This document shows positions 1-6,954 of a stretch of DNA of 10,526 nt, piece by piece (the first letter of the stretch is position 1; each line of letters starts with the position of its first letter). Both the position numbers and the translations under genes were made by a program. This DNA comes from Nitrospirota bacterium (GTDB taxonomy: Bacteria > Nitrospirota > UBA9217). The notes beneath the pieces were generated by a model. The model was not told the origin of the DNA and made no database searches. It worked only from the letters and a program-made list of their open reading frames with translations. Where the stretch lies: assembly GCA_963741205.1 (NCBI GenBank), contig CAVUHW010000029.1, positions 1 to 10,526 on the forward strand, in the 5' to 3' direction.

Positions 1-42
1 CTTCGCAATCGTAATTACTCGGACGGTGCATGGCAAGTTACG

Positions 43-291
43 ATGACCGACACAGACCCCCGTATCGAACAACTGTTTACTCAAATGATCATGTCGAAGA
101 CCGGGGAGGAACGCCTGCGCATGGGTTTCGAGATGTATGAAACCGCGCGAAAGTTCGTCGAGGCATCCATCCTCGAACCCGTGGGATCATCGGATTTCCT
201 ACAGGCACTCTTCCTTCGTTTTTATGATACCGATCTGCCGCAGCAGTTCAAGCAGAATTTCATCGTGAAACTTCAGAAGAAAAAAACTTGA
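43..291 (+). CDS. Small helical hypothetical protein (82 aa), resembling the small partner genes found beside nucleotidyltransferase (DUF6036-like) genes
   Basis: The motif pattern 'MTDTDP..E.....M.....GEERLRMG.EM...AR....AS.......LFLRFY' is recalled from small conserved hypotheticals. The ATG overlaps a TGA (44-46) closing a frame that is open from position 2 (ATGA overlap). Confidence 0.7.
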   Translation: MTDTDPRIEQLFTQMIMSKTGEERLRMGFEMYETARKFVEASILEPVGSSDFLQALFLRFYDTDLPQQFKQNFIVKLQKKKT

Positions 292-323
292 TGTCGGCTT
301 TTACTGCGCTCTACCCGACCTCC
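292..323 (-). repeat. Degenerate GTAG-family REP-like palindrome
   Basis: The minus strand reads GGAGGTCGGGTAGAGCGCAGTAAAAGCCGACA, with GTCGG...CCGAC arms and a GGAG (GTAG variant) foot. It lies immediately after the stop codon at 291. Confidence 0.55.
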
Positions 324-418
324 CGGCTGGGATAAGAATAATCTGCCGTAAAAATAGCATCAGTACTTTCCGAGTTTAGCGTAATTCCTCCTTATTCTCG
401 CTTCGTATCTGCTCAGGT

Positions 419-552
419 CGTCATTCCCGCGAAAGCGGGAATCCAGTCAATGATTTAAACCTTGAGAATCAATGCCTGGATTCCCGATAGAATCATTCAC
501 CCTGCACTCGCGCTGACTCACTCGTAAACGCTGGGCGCAGGCGGGAATGACG
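419..552. repeat. GTCATTCCCGC...GGGAATGAC palindromic repeat (REP/MITE-like) with a nested 44-bp insert
   Basis: Perfect 12-bp terminal inverted repeat CGTCATTCCCGC (419-430) / GCGGGAATGACG (541-552). Left unit: GTCATTCCCGCGAAAGCGGGAATCCAG (420-446). Right unit: CTGGATTCCCGATAGAATCATTC (476-498)...GGGAATGAC (543-551). Confidence 0.8.
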
Positions 553-660
553 GGTTGTTTTATATGTGATGCGTAAGCATTTCATGAAGCACCTAAAGCA
601 GCTACCTCTCTTCTTTCCAGCCTCGACGTTTTCCGCTTCAAACTCGTCCATAATTACTAC

Positions 661-705
661 CTACCCAAACGGGTAGTTTGCAGAATCGCAAGAATATGAT
701 AGCCT
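661..705 (+). promoter_or_regulatory. Candidate sigma70 promoter with an adjacent palindrome, for the 792 gene and comEC
   Basis: TTGCAG (678-683), 16-bp spacer, extended -10 TG-A-TAGCCT (697-705). The inverted repeat CTACCC-AAAC-GGGTAG (661-676) abuts the -35. Confidence 0.4.
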
Positions 706-791
706 GTGCTCACTGTCCGCGATGACAGAGCTCCGAATGGTTTGGTTTAGGTTGAATTCAACTTGAAGGTTACGAATGAGGAGGACACATC

Positions 792-1568
792 ATGAGCCAG
801 CCCGATTTTGACTACGATGTCGTGGACCCGAATGCGGCCGAGCGGGCCATTCCCGTGTATCCGGTCGCCCAATGGCACAACGGACAGAGGGCATTGAAGG
901 CGGCAGGGGGGGTGCAGTATGCCGGCGGAGCGATCCTTCCTGCCCGCTATCTCCCGGACGGGCTCCGCATTCCCTCCTGGTCAACAGAGCGGATAACGTT
1001 CAGAAGCCGAAAGGAAGAGAGCACCTTGACCGCTGATAAGGTCGTCATGGCCCCGATCCGAATGCGCTTTCGATGGTTCGCCCAGCAGGGAACGGAAACC
1101 GTTTACTTTCCACGCAGCGCCTATGTCATGGGAGCGCACATGCGCGGTCACTTGCAGGTGCTGGCTGCGATTCAGGGTGCGGACGAGCCGGTTGTCGTCA
1201 CCTTCAAGGGCAAGGCGTCGCAGGCGTTTGAAGCGCTCATGAGGGATTTCTCGGCTAAAGTCGTGCATGCGGCAAACCGGCTTGCGCCGAAAGAAAAGGC
1301 CCTTCCGCGGTATGCGTTCTGGATGAGCATAGCGCCGGGTCCTCATACAAAAGCGGGCAGCAACGGCCAGGAGGCGTTTGTCACGCTTCCCGCCCTCGCT
1401 TTACCGGCGGATATATCCCGGGATTTGCTGCGATCAATCTATGTAGGCCGGGAAAACCTGATCCGGTTTCAGGAGTGGTACCGCGAGGCAGAGCCCTGGG
1501 TGGACGTGTGGGAGAAGACCGGCGTGGAGCCCGCGGACGCGGCCTCCGAGGGCGAATATGTTTCATAG
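792..1568 (+). CDS. Hypothetical protein (258 aa), possibly a phage-type ssDNA-binding or DUF5895-like protein
   Basis: Strong RBS GAGGAGG 7 nt upstream. Soluble, beta-rich and aromatic-rich (QWHNG, RFRWF, VVVTFKGKAS, YAFW) with an acidic C-terminal tail (EPADAASEGEYVS). The CDS is well supported; the function is an inference. Confidence 0.85.
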   Translation: MSQPDFDYDVVDPNAAERAIPVYPVAQWHNGQRALKAAGGVQYAGGAILPARYLPDGLRIPSWSTERITFRSRKEESTLTADKVVMAPIRMRFRWFAQQGTETVYFPRSAYVMGAHMRGHLQVLAAIQGADEPVVVTFKGKASQAFEALMRDFSAKVVHAANRLAPKEKALPRYAFWMSIAPGPHTKAGSNGQEAFVTLPALALPADISRDLLRSIYVGRENLIRFQEWYREAEPWVDVWEKTGVEPADAASEGEYVS

Positions 1569-1611
1569 TTATGGTGTTGCGATGCCGGTCCTGTAATCGG
1601 CTTCATCATCC

Positions 1612-4152
1612 ATGCACAAACCTCACATCTCCGTCACGCTCGCATACACCGTCGGCATCCTGCTCGGGCATGGGTTCCTGTATTTCCCCTTTTCAACCGT
1701 CATCCTCGCAAGCCTCATCCTCATAGCGGCGGGATTTCTCGTCTTGACCGGAAAGCTGCCGTATCAGCGCTATCTGCTTTACGTCACCCCCGGCCTGGTG
1801 GGCATGGCGGCATACCTCTATTCTGCTGCCTGGCTTCCGGCTGATCATTACATCCGCAAGGTCCCCTTTGACCGGGAGGCGCACGAACTCACCAGCACGA
1901 TCGACTCTCCCCTCGACCGGGATCCGGACAGGACCGCCTTCCTCATGGAGCTGACGCAGGCCGATGGATCACCGGTCCGCGGGAGCGTCCGCATAAGCGT
2001 GCGCGAGGAAATAACCTCTCTGGGATACGGCGACCTCATCCGGGTAAGCGGCAAGATGCGTAAACCGGGGAGCTTCATGAACCTCGGCGGTTTTGACTAT
2101 GCCGGAATACCTGGCCCGGAGCAACGTCTTTGCCACGGTGAGCGTACGGACCGGCGATGACATCGAGATCCTGAACCGGGGCGACGGCGTGTTCAGGACC
2201 ATCCAGGACTGGCGCGAGCGGATCAGACACGCGTTCCTCGCGGAGACTAAAGGCCCCGGCTCGGCAATTCTTCAGGCCATGGTCCTGGGCGAGGAGGGAG
2301 CTCTCACGGAGGAGCTTCGCGACCGGTTTCTGGCAGCCGGCGTAACGCATATCATTTCCATATCCGGATCCCACCTGGGCATGGTCGCGCTGCTCTGCTT
2401 CGGCCTTATGAGGGGATATTATTTCTCCTGCCGGAAAGGCTCTACCACCGCCTCACGCTCTTCGCGGACCCCAAAAAAATTGCTGCATGGCTCACGCTGC
2501 CGCTCGTCCTCTTTTACACGCTCTTAGCCGGCGGCCAGGTGGCCACCGTCCGCTCACTCATCATGATCACCGCCGGTCTTACGGCGCTCATCCTGGACCG
2601 CGAACACGCCCTCATGCACTCCCTGGCGCTTGCGGCCCTCGTGATTCTTGCCTTCAGCCCGCAGGCCCTCTTCGATATCTCGTTCCAGCTTTCCTATCTT
2701 TCCGTGCTGGTCATCGGCTATGTCGTCTCGCTCTGGAACGATATCGGCGTTAAGGCGTCCGGACGGATTATGAAGTTCGCGCAAAGCGTGGCTCTTCTCA
2801 TGGTCATTTCCCTGGCCACGAGCCTGGCAACGGGTCCGCTCGTGGCCCGCTACTTTAACCAATTCTCCCTGGCCGGGCTCGTTTCGAATCTGCTCGTGGT
2901 GCCTTTCGCGGGCGCCGTCGTGGTCCCGCTCGGTCTTTTCTCAGGCGTCCTCTCCCTCTTCATGAACCACCTCCCGCTGGCCTGGTTGAACCAGCATGTG
3001 GCGGACGTCTTCATCGAACTTGTTTCATTTTTTTCCCGCCTTCCCTTCGCTGAGTTTCATCCGCAGGCACCGGGTGTCCTGTGGCTTTCCTGCTACGCCC
3101 TCTTCCTTCTCTCCCTCCTGTCCACGCTCAGGGTTCACCTGATATCCCGCTTCAAGCCCTTCGAGGGATCGGCCCGAATCCCCCTCCTGCCGAAGATCAC
3201 GCTCGCCGTGACAACGCCTTTATTGCTCCTGGGTCTCGCCTTTTCCTTTCTTCCGAAAAACCATACGAGCATCAGCTTTCCCGACGTGGGCCAGGGCGAC
3301 TGCTCGCTCATCGAACTCGCTTCAGGAAAAACCGTCCTCATAGACGGCGGGGGCACCGCAGACAACCGCTTCGACATCGGAAGACGGGTCGTTGCCCCGT
3401 TTCTTTGGAACCGGGGGATCCGCGGGCTGGACTTTGTGGTCCTGTCCCATCCCCATCCCGATCACATGAACGGACTTCTCTTTCTGCTCAGAAAATTTCC
3501 AGTCGCTGAAGTGTGGGCCAGCGGTCTTGATACGGACCTTCCCGGCTATGACATGTTCATGCAGGTCATTGCCGAAAAAGGGATCCCGCTGCGGACCATG
3601 TCCGCGGAAGACGCTCCGGTCGCTATCGGGGGCGCGGAACTTCGCGTCCTCCATCCGTCGCGAGACTACCAGACGCGGGAGCCGAAGGAATTCGCCGCCC
3701 AGAATAATCGTTCGCTCGTCCTGCGGGTGGCCGATCACGGCCGGGTTTATTTATTCACGGGGGATATCGGAACGGATGCGGATACGAGTCTCGTCATGAG
3801 CGGACAGGACATCAAGTGCGACGTGGTGAAGGTCCCCCATCACGGAAGCAGGTTCTCGAGTTCGGAGTCGTTCGTCTCGCTTGCCAGACCGGACCTCGCG
3901 GTTGCGTGCGTGGGCAGGGAAAACCCGTACCGCCATCCGGCCGACGAGGTCATTGAACGCTATGAGAGGGTAGGAACCCGTTTCTGCCGGACGGACCGTG
4001 ACGGTGCGGTCGTCATCACGACGGGCCGTGATAGGACGGATGTCTCGCGGTGGAGCGAATTGATGCTGCAAAGGATCACGCTGACAAACCCGGAAGAATG
4101 GGGGAATTTTGAGCAACAAAACTGGCGGCGGGTATGGCGGAGATTGGGATAG
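1612..4152 (+). pseudogene. comEC: DNA internalization competence protein ComEC/Rec2, split by two frameshifts (true pseudogene or sequencing indels)
   Basis: N-terminal TM helices and DUF4131/OB region (YGDLIRVSG, NLGGFDY); competence domain (AGVTHIISISGSHLG, QLSYLSV, NLLVVP); metallo-beta-lactamase domain (DVGQGD, IDGG, SHPHPDHMNG, TGDI, KVPHHGS, YRHP). One extra base near 2101-2105 and one missing G in the G4 run at 2412-2415 join ORFs 1612-2160, 2093-2527 and 2539-4152. Confidence 0.93.
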
Positions 4153-4180
4153 AAACAATGAAACGAAGCCACTCGACGCC

Positions 4181-4263
4181 CTTCTAACTTCATCTTCATA
4201 CTTAATCCTTCTTACCTCATCCTTCTTACTTCTTACTTCTTACTTCTTACTTCTCACTTCTTA
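4181..4263. repeat. Heptanucleotide tandem repeat (CTTCTTA)x~12
   Basis: Units read: cttctaa, cttcat, cttcata, cttaatc, cttctta, cctcatc, cttctta x4, cttctca, cttctta. The last unit contains the TAA stop of the minus-strand propeller gene. Confidence 0.92.
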
Positions 4264-5109
4264 CCAGTCCCCGCAGTATTCAAAAGCCTGCGTCGTTGTC
4301 AGTCGCTGCATATGTTCCCCGGTTTCAGACATCCGGTAGAGATTAGCGAACGATTCAGACTCCTCCCAGTCGCAGCTGCTGGAAAAGACGATCTCTCTTC
4401 CTGACCAGACAGGAGACGAATCAGTTCCCCGTGCGGGAGGCTCGAACAAAACGATCTCCCCGGTATCGACATTGAGTTTGCGGAGATGGGGCGTACCCAG
4501 ATCGCAGCCATAGATGAGCCATGACCCGTCCGGCGACCATGAAGGGTTCGTATGCAGCGCTTCCTCCGTCGTAAGCTTCCTCTGATTGCCGCCTGCGGGG
4601 TCCATGACCCGGATATGGGAAGACTTGGCGCCGGGCATGAATTCTACGAACGCGATCAGATCGCCTCGCGGCGACCACATTGGACTCATGTGCTCGGAAG
4701 GCCCCGTGGTAAGTCTGGTGAATCCCGTCCCATCCATATTGACGACGTGCACCTGCTGCAGCCCCTTTTCGTCAACCCCTGCAAACACAAGCCGGCTGTC
4801 ATCGCCTGACCAGTCAACGCTGCTGATGTTGAGATCGCCGGTCGTGATCTGGGCTGTTTTCCGGGTTGCAAGATCCATGAAGAATATGTTGTACAATTTC
4901 CTGGCGTTGTTTTTCGTGCTCACGAAGGCGATCATGGTCCTGTCCGTGTTATAACGGGGGGCCGCGTTGTCAGTGTACTCCCCGTTGGCCCCCGGGTTCA
5001 TCGTGAGGCGGGTCTCGTTCTTCCCGTCCGGGTCGACGGCATAGATGTCGTTGAACATCTCGTTGCCGTCTTGGGTAAACCGGGTAAATACAATGCGGGC
5101 TTGATCCAT
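4261..5109 (-). CDS. TolB-like beta-propeller protein (PD40 repeats), no signal peptide
   Basis: Repeated blades PRYNTDRTMIAFVS, VDWSGDDSRLVF, SPMWSPRGDLIAFV, NPSWSPDGSWLIY and SPVWSGREIVFSS, with 'DG...RLT' linkers. GAGG RBS upstream. Confidence 0.9.
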   Translation of the reverse strand: MDQARIVFTRFTQDGNEMFNDIYAVDPDGKNETRLTMNPGANGEYTDNAAPRYNTDRTMIAFVSTKNNARKLYNIFFMDLATRKTAQITTGDLNISSVDWSGDDSRLVFAGVDEKGLQQVHVVNMDGTGFTRLTTGPSEHMSPMWSPRGDLIAFVEFMPGAKSSHIRVMDPAGGNQRKLTTEEALHTNPSWSPDGSWLIYGCDLGTPHLRKLNVDTGEIVLFEPPARGTDSSPVWSGREIVFSSSCDWEESESFANLYRMSETGEHMQRLTTTQAFEYCGDW

Positions 5110-5154
5110 GCGAAAACCTCTTTCTGTTCTTAGGAACGCTGATTGCGGAAGGAC

Positions 5155-5183
5155 AGATTAACAAGGAATGAGGATAATGTCAA
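5155..5183 (-). promoter_or_regulatory. sigma70 promoter for the TolB-like gene
   Basis: Consensus -35 TTGACA (5183-5178), 17-bp spacer, extended -10 TG-T-TAATCT (hexamer at 5160-5155). Confidence 0.7.
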
Positions 5184-5192
5184 ACCGGAATG

Positions 5193-5208
5193 TGCGGAAA
5201 TTTCCGCA
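5193..5208. promoter_or_regulatory. Perfect 16-bp palindrome, candidate operator or activator site
   Basis: TGCGGAAATTTCCGCA equals its own reverse complement and sits 9 bp upstream of the TTGACA -35. Confidence 0.5.
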
Positions 5209-5424
5209 GGAGATCGAGCGGCAACGAATGTCGTCAATGCGGTGAAGACAGGAAGTCATACCCTGCTATTGCTCATCATCTTCCTTCACAACTTCCTTCA
5301 ACTGACCGTAGGGACCCGGCCTGAAATGTTTTTTGAAAGGTTCCTACGATCCAAGCGCCCCTCTGATTTTCCTGGCCAGGTCGATCATGCGTCGGACCTC
5401 TCCGGGACACCTGTGGAGACAGCC

Positions 5425-5524
5425 CTAGCGCGCGGACTCTTTGCCCTGAAAGTATGCCCGTTCCATACACATGCCTGGTTGCGTCATCAGCCCCGTGGAC
5501 CGCGTAGAAATACACGTGCTCGAT
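5425..5524 (-). pseudogene. Probable 3' remnant of a flavodoxin-like NAD(P)H-dependent oxidoreductase gene
   Basis: Translates as IEHVYFYAVHGADDATRHVY and, after a frameshift, (M)ERAYFQGKESAR*. This matches the recalled Flavodoxin_2-type C-terminus 'VEHVYFYAV...DD.TR..YLERAY.LGKEF'. No 5' portion is present. Confidence 0.55.
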
Positions 5525-5573
5525 CAAGGAATGTATCTCACTACGGGAAATCGGAAAAACAGCCCGAGTCCTG

Positions 5574-5711
5574 TTATACGCTTCCGCTTTTTGCCTCGAA
5601 CGAGTTCTTCTGCTGCTGCTTCTCCTTCTGCTGCTGCACATCATGCACGTGCTTCGTTGCTTTCTGCTTCTGGCTCTTTTCCTTGCCCTTCTTGCCGCCC
5701 TTGTCTCCCAT
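5574..5711 (-). CDS. Small Lys/Gln-rich protein (45 aa): MGDKGGKKGKEKSQKQKATKHVHDVQQQKEKQQQKNSFEAKSGSV
   Basis: Below the ORF-track size cutoff. Perfect Shine-Dalgarno AAGGAGG (5724-5718) 6 nt before the ATG and an extended -10 just upstream. The MGDKGGKK N-terminus is recalled from conserved small hypotheticals. Confidence 0.8.
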   Translation of the reverse strand: MGDKGGKKGKEKSQKQKATKHVHDVQQQKEKQQQKNSFEAKSGSV

Positions 5712-5752
5712 TCTGCGCCTCCTTTTTGCACCTGGATATCGTGCCTCAGATC

Positions 5753-5761
5753 ATTATAGCA
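5753..5761 (-). promoter_or_regulatory. Extended -10 promoter for the 45-aa small ORF
   Basis: TGCTATAAT (5761-5753) is a perfect TGnTATAAT about 40 nt upstream of the ATG. There is no good -35 at 17 bp. Confidence 0.65.
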
Positions 5762-5927
5762 TGTTATTTTTTCCGTTCGATGCAAAAGAGGGATTGGGAG
5801 GAGATGGTATTGTGCTGACAGGGAAAGACGTAAATCGGTTTTTCTGGTTCGGATTCATTCTGGAGCGCATCTCGATCCCGGACTTTCATTTCAAACAGAA
5901 GGAAGCGGCTCCGATACTCACCGCTGA

Positions 5928-6137
5928 TCATTTGACAACGACCGTATGACCTTCGAATTCCACTGCTTGCCCTGTGCGGAGCTTTCGTCGTCTGCGCAAT
6001 TCCACATGACCATCAACCGTGACACGGCCTTCCATGATCGCCGTCTTTGCCGAACCGCCGCTTTCGCACAGCCCCATCACTTTCAACAGATTATCGAGCT
6101 CGATAAATTCCTTGCCTTCCAGCTTAAAGTCGTCCAT
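5928..6137 (-). CDS. ybcJ: S4-domain RNA-binding protein, YbcJ/YaaA family
   Basis: 69 aa with the family signature FIELDNLLK.MG...SGG.AK..I.EG.V.VDG.VE.R...KL..GQ.VEF. Confidence 0.9.
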   Translation of the reverse strand: MDDFKLEGKEFIELDNLLKVMGLCESGGSAKTAIMEGRVTVDGHVELRRRRKLRTGQAVEFEGHTVVVK

Positions 6138-6151
6138 GAACTTCGCCGCCT

Positions 6152-6625
6152 CTATTTGATCTTTTCCCCTATGTTTCGAACCGCGGGTTTGTCCAGGAGT
6201 TTCTTGAATTCGGGTTTTGACATCAGTGTCGCAAAATCATTATTTTTGACCGCTTGAATGATCTCCGGGTCCGCAAGAATTTTCTTAAAGTCCGGATCGT
6301 CCTGCAGCCCCTCGATCATGGCCATGATCTCTTTGTCGCTCATCATTCTATCCGTGAGCGACCCTGCCTGCGCTGAGGACGCGCTCTTCGACTGCGAACC
6401 GGAGGAAGTCGGCGTCCTTGACCGGACTACCCGTATTTTCGCTTCCTCGATGCGCAAGGTCCCGAGGCTTTCGGACTTTATCGTATAGATCCCGCCGGAC
6501 AGCGACTGAACCTCTCCGGTAATAACGCTGCCGTCGTTTAGCTCGATTTCGCGGATTTCTCCAGCCAGCGCAGCCTGGGCCGAAATTGCCAGAACGAATA
6601 GCGCACCTGCCACGATACTTCGCAT
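6152..6625 (-). CDS. Secreted hypothetical protein (157 aa) with a C-terminal STI1/DP-like helical domain
   Basis: Start moved to ATG 6625 because of the AAGGAG RBS. Sec signal MRSIVAGALFVLAISAQAALA, beta domain IELNDGSVITGEV, Ser-rich linker, then a Met-rich DP-repeat region (LQDDPDFKKILADPEIIQA...LMSKPEF). Confidence 0.82.
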   Translation of the reverse strand: MRSIVAGALFVLAISAQAALAGEIREIELNDGSVITGEVQSLSGGIYTIKSESLGTLRIEEAKIRVVRSRTPTSSGSQSKSASSAQAGSLTDRMMSDKEIMAMIEGLQDDPDFKKILADPEIIQAVKNNDFATLMSKPEFKKLLDKPAVRNIGEKIK

Positions 6626-6782
6626 AGGGTTCTCCTTATTGTTCAAAAAAGAGTGAATTAGCGTGGTCGATAATATCTTCCCTGCCGCCCTTTTCTTCCA
6701 GCACGCCAGACAACAATAGCACTCAGGAGGAGAAAAGGTCAAGGGGATTGAGTGGCAGGACTTTACTGTTCGCATCAGCCGC

Positions 6783-6810
6783 GAGGTAACGTCAATTGTC
6801 AAGCCGCAAG
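6783..6810. repeat. Copy 1 of a 28-bp dispersed direct repeat
   Basis: GAGGTAACGTCAATTGTCAAGCCGCAAG, 25/28 identical to 8955-8982. Confidence 0.8.
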
Positions 6811-6861
6811 ACCTATCGCCTCCAATCGGTGACCACAGGACGTTTGAGTACTTTTGTTGCA

Positions 6862-6889
6862 TTGATGTTATTTCAGGCGGTGCTATCTT
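6862..6889 (+). promoter_or_regulatory. Candidate sigma70 promoter for the oxidoreductase
   Basis: TTGATG (6862-6867), 16-bp spacer, extended -10 TG-C-TATCTT (6881-6889). RBS AAGGAG at 6941-6946. Confidence 0.5.
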
Positions 6890-6954
6890 TTAATCAGAAG
6901 TGTTGCGCATCAAGGGCCGCATCGCGCTCAATTGAGTAAAAAGGAGATGAGGAT

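Noticed and set aside
11-657. Possible inverted repeat GTAATTACTCGGAC (11-24) / GTCCATAATTAC (646-657)
   Set aside because: It is short and needs gaps to align, so it is compatible with chance.
790-4199. Numerous antisense and out-of-frame ORFs over the 792 gene and comEC
   Set aside because: These are typical shadow ORFs of GC-rich coding DNA with no motifs or RBS. The same applies to those over the propeller, oxidoreductase, gap and MshEN genes.
4181-4263. Possible CRISPR array
   Set aside because: The units are 7 bp and contiguous, with no spacers and no cas genes.
4109-4339. 76-aa ORF with LLTSYF repeats
   Set aside because: It is a translation of the heptamer array and overlaps two real genes.
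5276-5785. 169-aa minus-strand ORF
   Set aside because: It starts upstream of the extended -10 and overlaps the better-supported 45-aa gene out of frame. Only the IEHVYFY segment looks protein-like, and that is treated as a remnant.
5143-5949. 268-aa plus-strand ORF with a Cys/Phe-rich stretch
   Set aside because: It is the antisense shadow of the K/Q-rich small gene (CAG/AAG codons read as Cys/Phe/Leu). It has a TTG start, no RBS, and crosses two minus-strand promoters.
6783-6850. 28-bp repeat as an integron attC site or tmRNA tag (minus strand CTTGCGGCTTGA = LAA*)
   Set aside because: There is no RYYYAAC/GTTRRRY pair with a paired stem, and no tRNA-like ends or resume-codon context for tmRNA.
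6626-6862. 79-aa N-terminal extension of the 236-aa ORF
   Set aside because: The RBS and signal peptide point to ATG 6625; the extension is intergenic-like sequence.
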